Shown here in pieces: positions 63,784-64,000 of a stretch of DNA of 64,000 nt (positions are counted from its first letter, which is position 1; every line of letters starts with the position of its first letter). The stretch spans positions 4,960,001 to 5,024,000 of the forward strand of contig CBDDPY010000002.1 of the NCBI GenBank assembly GCA_965232515.1, read 5' to 3'. Below the pieces are notes generated by a model, which searched no databases, had not been told where the DNA came from, and was given only the letters and a program-made list of their open reading frames with translations. The position numbers were made by a program, and so were the translations under genes. Source of the DNA: Alphaproteobacteria bacterium (GTDB taxonomy: Bacteria > Pseudomonadota > Alphaproteobacteria > GCA-2731375).

Positions 63784-64000
63784 ATGCTGTTTCTTGAGAT
63801 CCTCTTCGTGCTTCTGCTCATTCTCATAAACGGCCTGCTGGCGATGTCGGAGCTCGCCCTGGTGTCGGCGCGGAAAAGCCGGCTTCAGCAGATGGCCGGC
63901 GGCGGCGACAGCGGCGCGCGCGCGGCGCTCGTCCTGATCGACGACCCCAGCCGCTTCCTGTCGACGGTGCAGATCGGCATCACGCTCGTCGGAATTCTGG
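63784..64000 (+). CDS. Hemolysin/CNNM (DUF21-CBS) family protein, 3'-truncated by window edge
   Basis: MLFLEILFVLLLILINGLLAMSELALVSARKSRL..P.RFLSTVQIGITLVGIL. Confidence 0.88.
   Translation, partial: MLFLEILFVLLLILINGLLAMSELALVSARKSRLQQMAGGGDSGARAALVLIDDPSRFLSTVQIGITLVGIL

Overview
High-GC window from what looks like an alphaproteobacterial chromosome (Rhodospirillales-like gene content; taxonomy is inference). It is gene-dense, with no rRNA, tRNA, CRISPR, transposase or phage genes seen. In order, it carries: a PAS histidine kinase; a glnII-amtB-glutaminase operon whose glutaminase has the animal GLS architecture (EF-hand-like N-terminus plus ankyrins); three TolB_N/TPR regulators or cyclases; a GntR/sugar-ABC/GMC operon; a Crp/Fnr-pdo-sqr-sulP sulfide oxidation cluster (sqr has a 1-nt frameshift); metA; a CnbZ-RraA-hydantoinase catabolic cluster; a TRAP transporter; aac(3)-IV; an acetylene-hydratase-like W/Mo enzyme; and a VOC/beta-propeller/MoaD cluster. 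The best candidate for an undescribed system is the seven-gene minus-strand operon at 44943-52527. It encodes four paralogous ATP-grasp proteins whose motifs resemble eukaryotic inositol-polyphosphate kinases (ITPK1/PPIP5K) more than RimK ligases, a divergent mannitol-1-phosphate dehydrogenase, an MFS transporter and an AlgE-like outer-membrane porin, with Pho-box-like repeats upstream. This suggests a phosphate-regulated pathway that makes or harvests a multiply phosphorylated polyol. All family assignments come from motif recognition and remembered reference sequences; no searches were run, and GC remarks are by eye.
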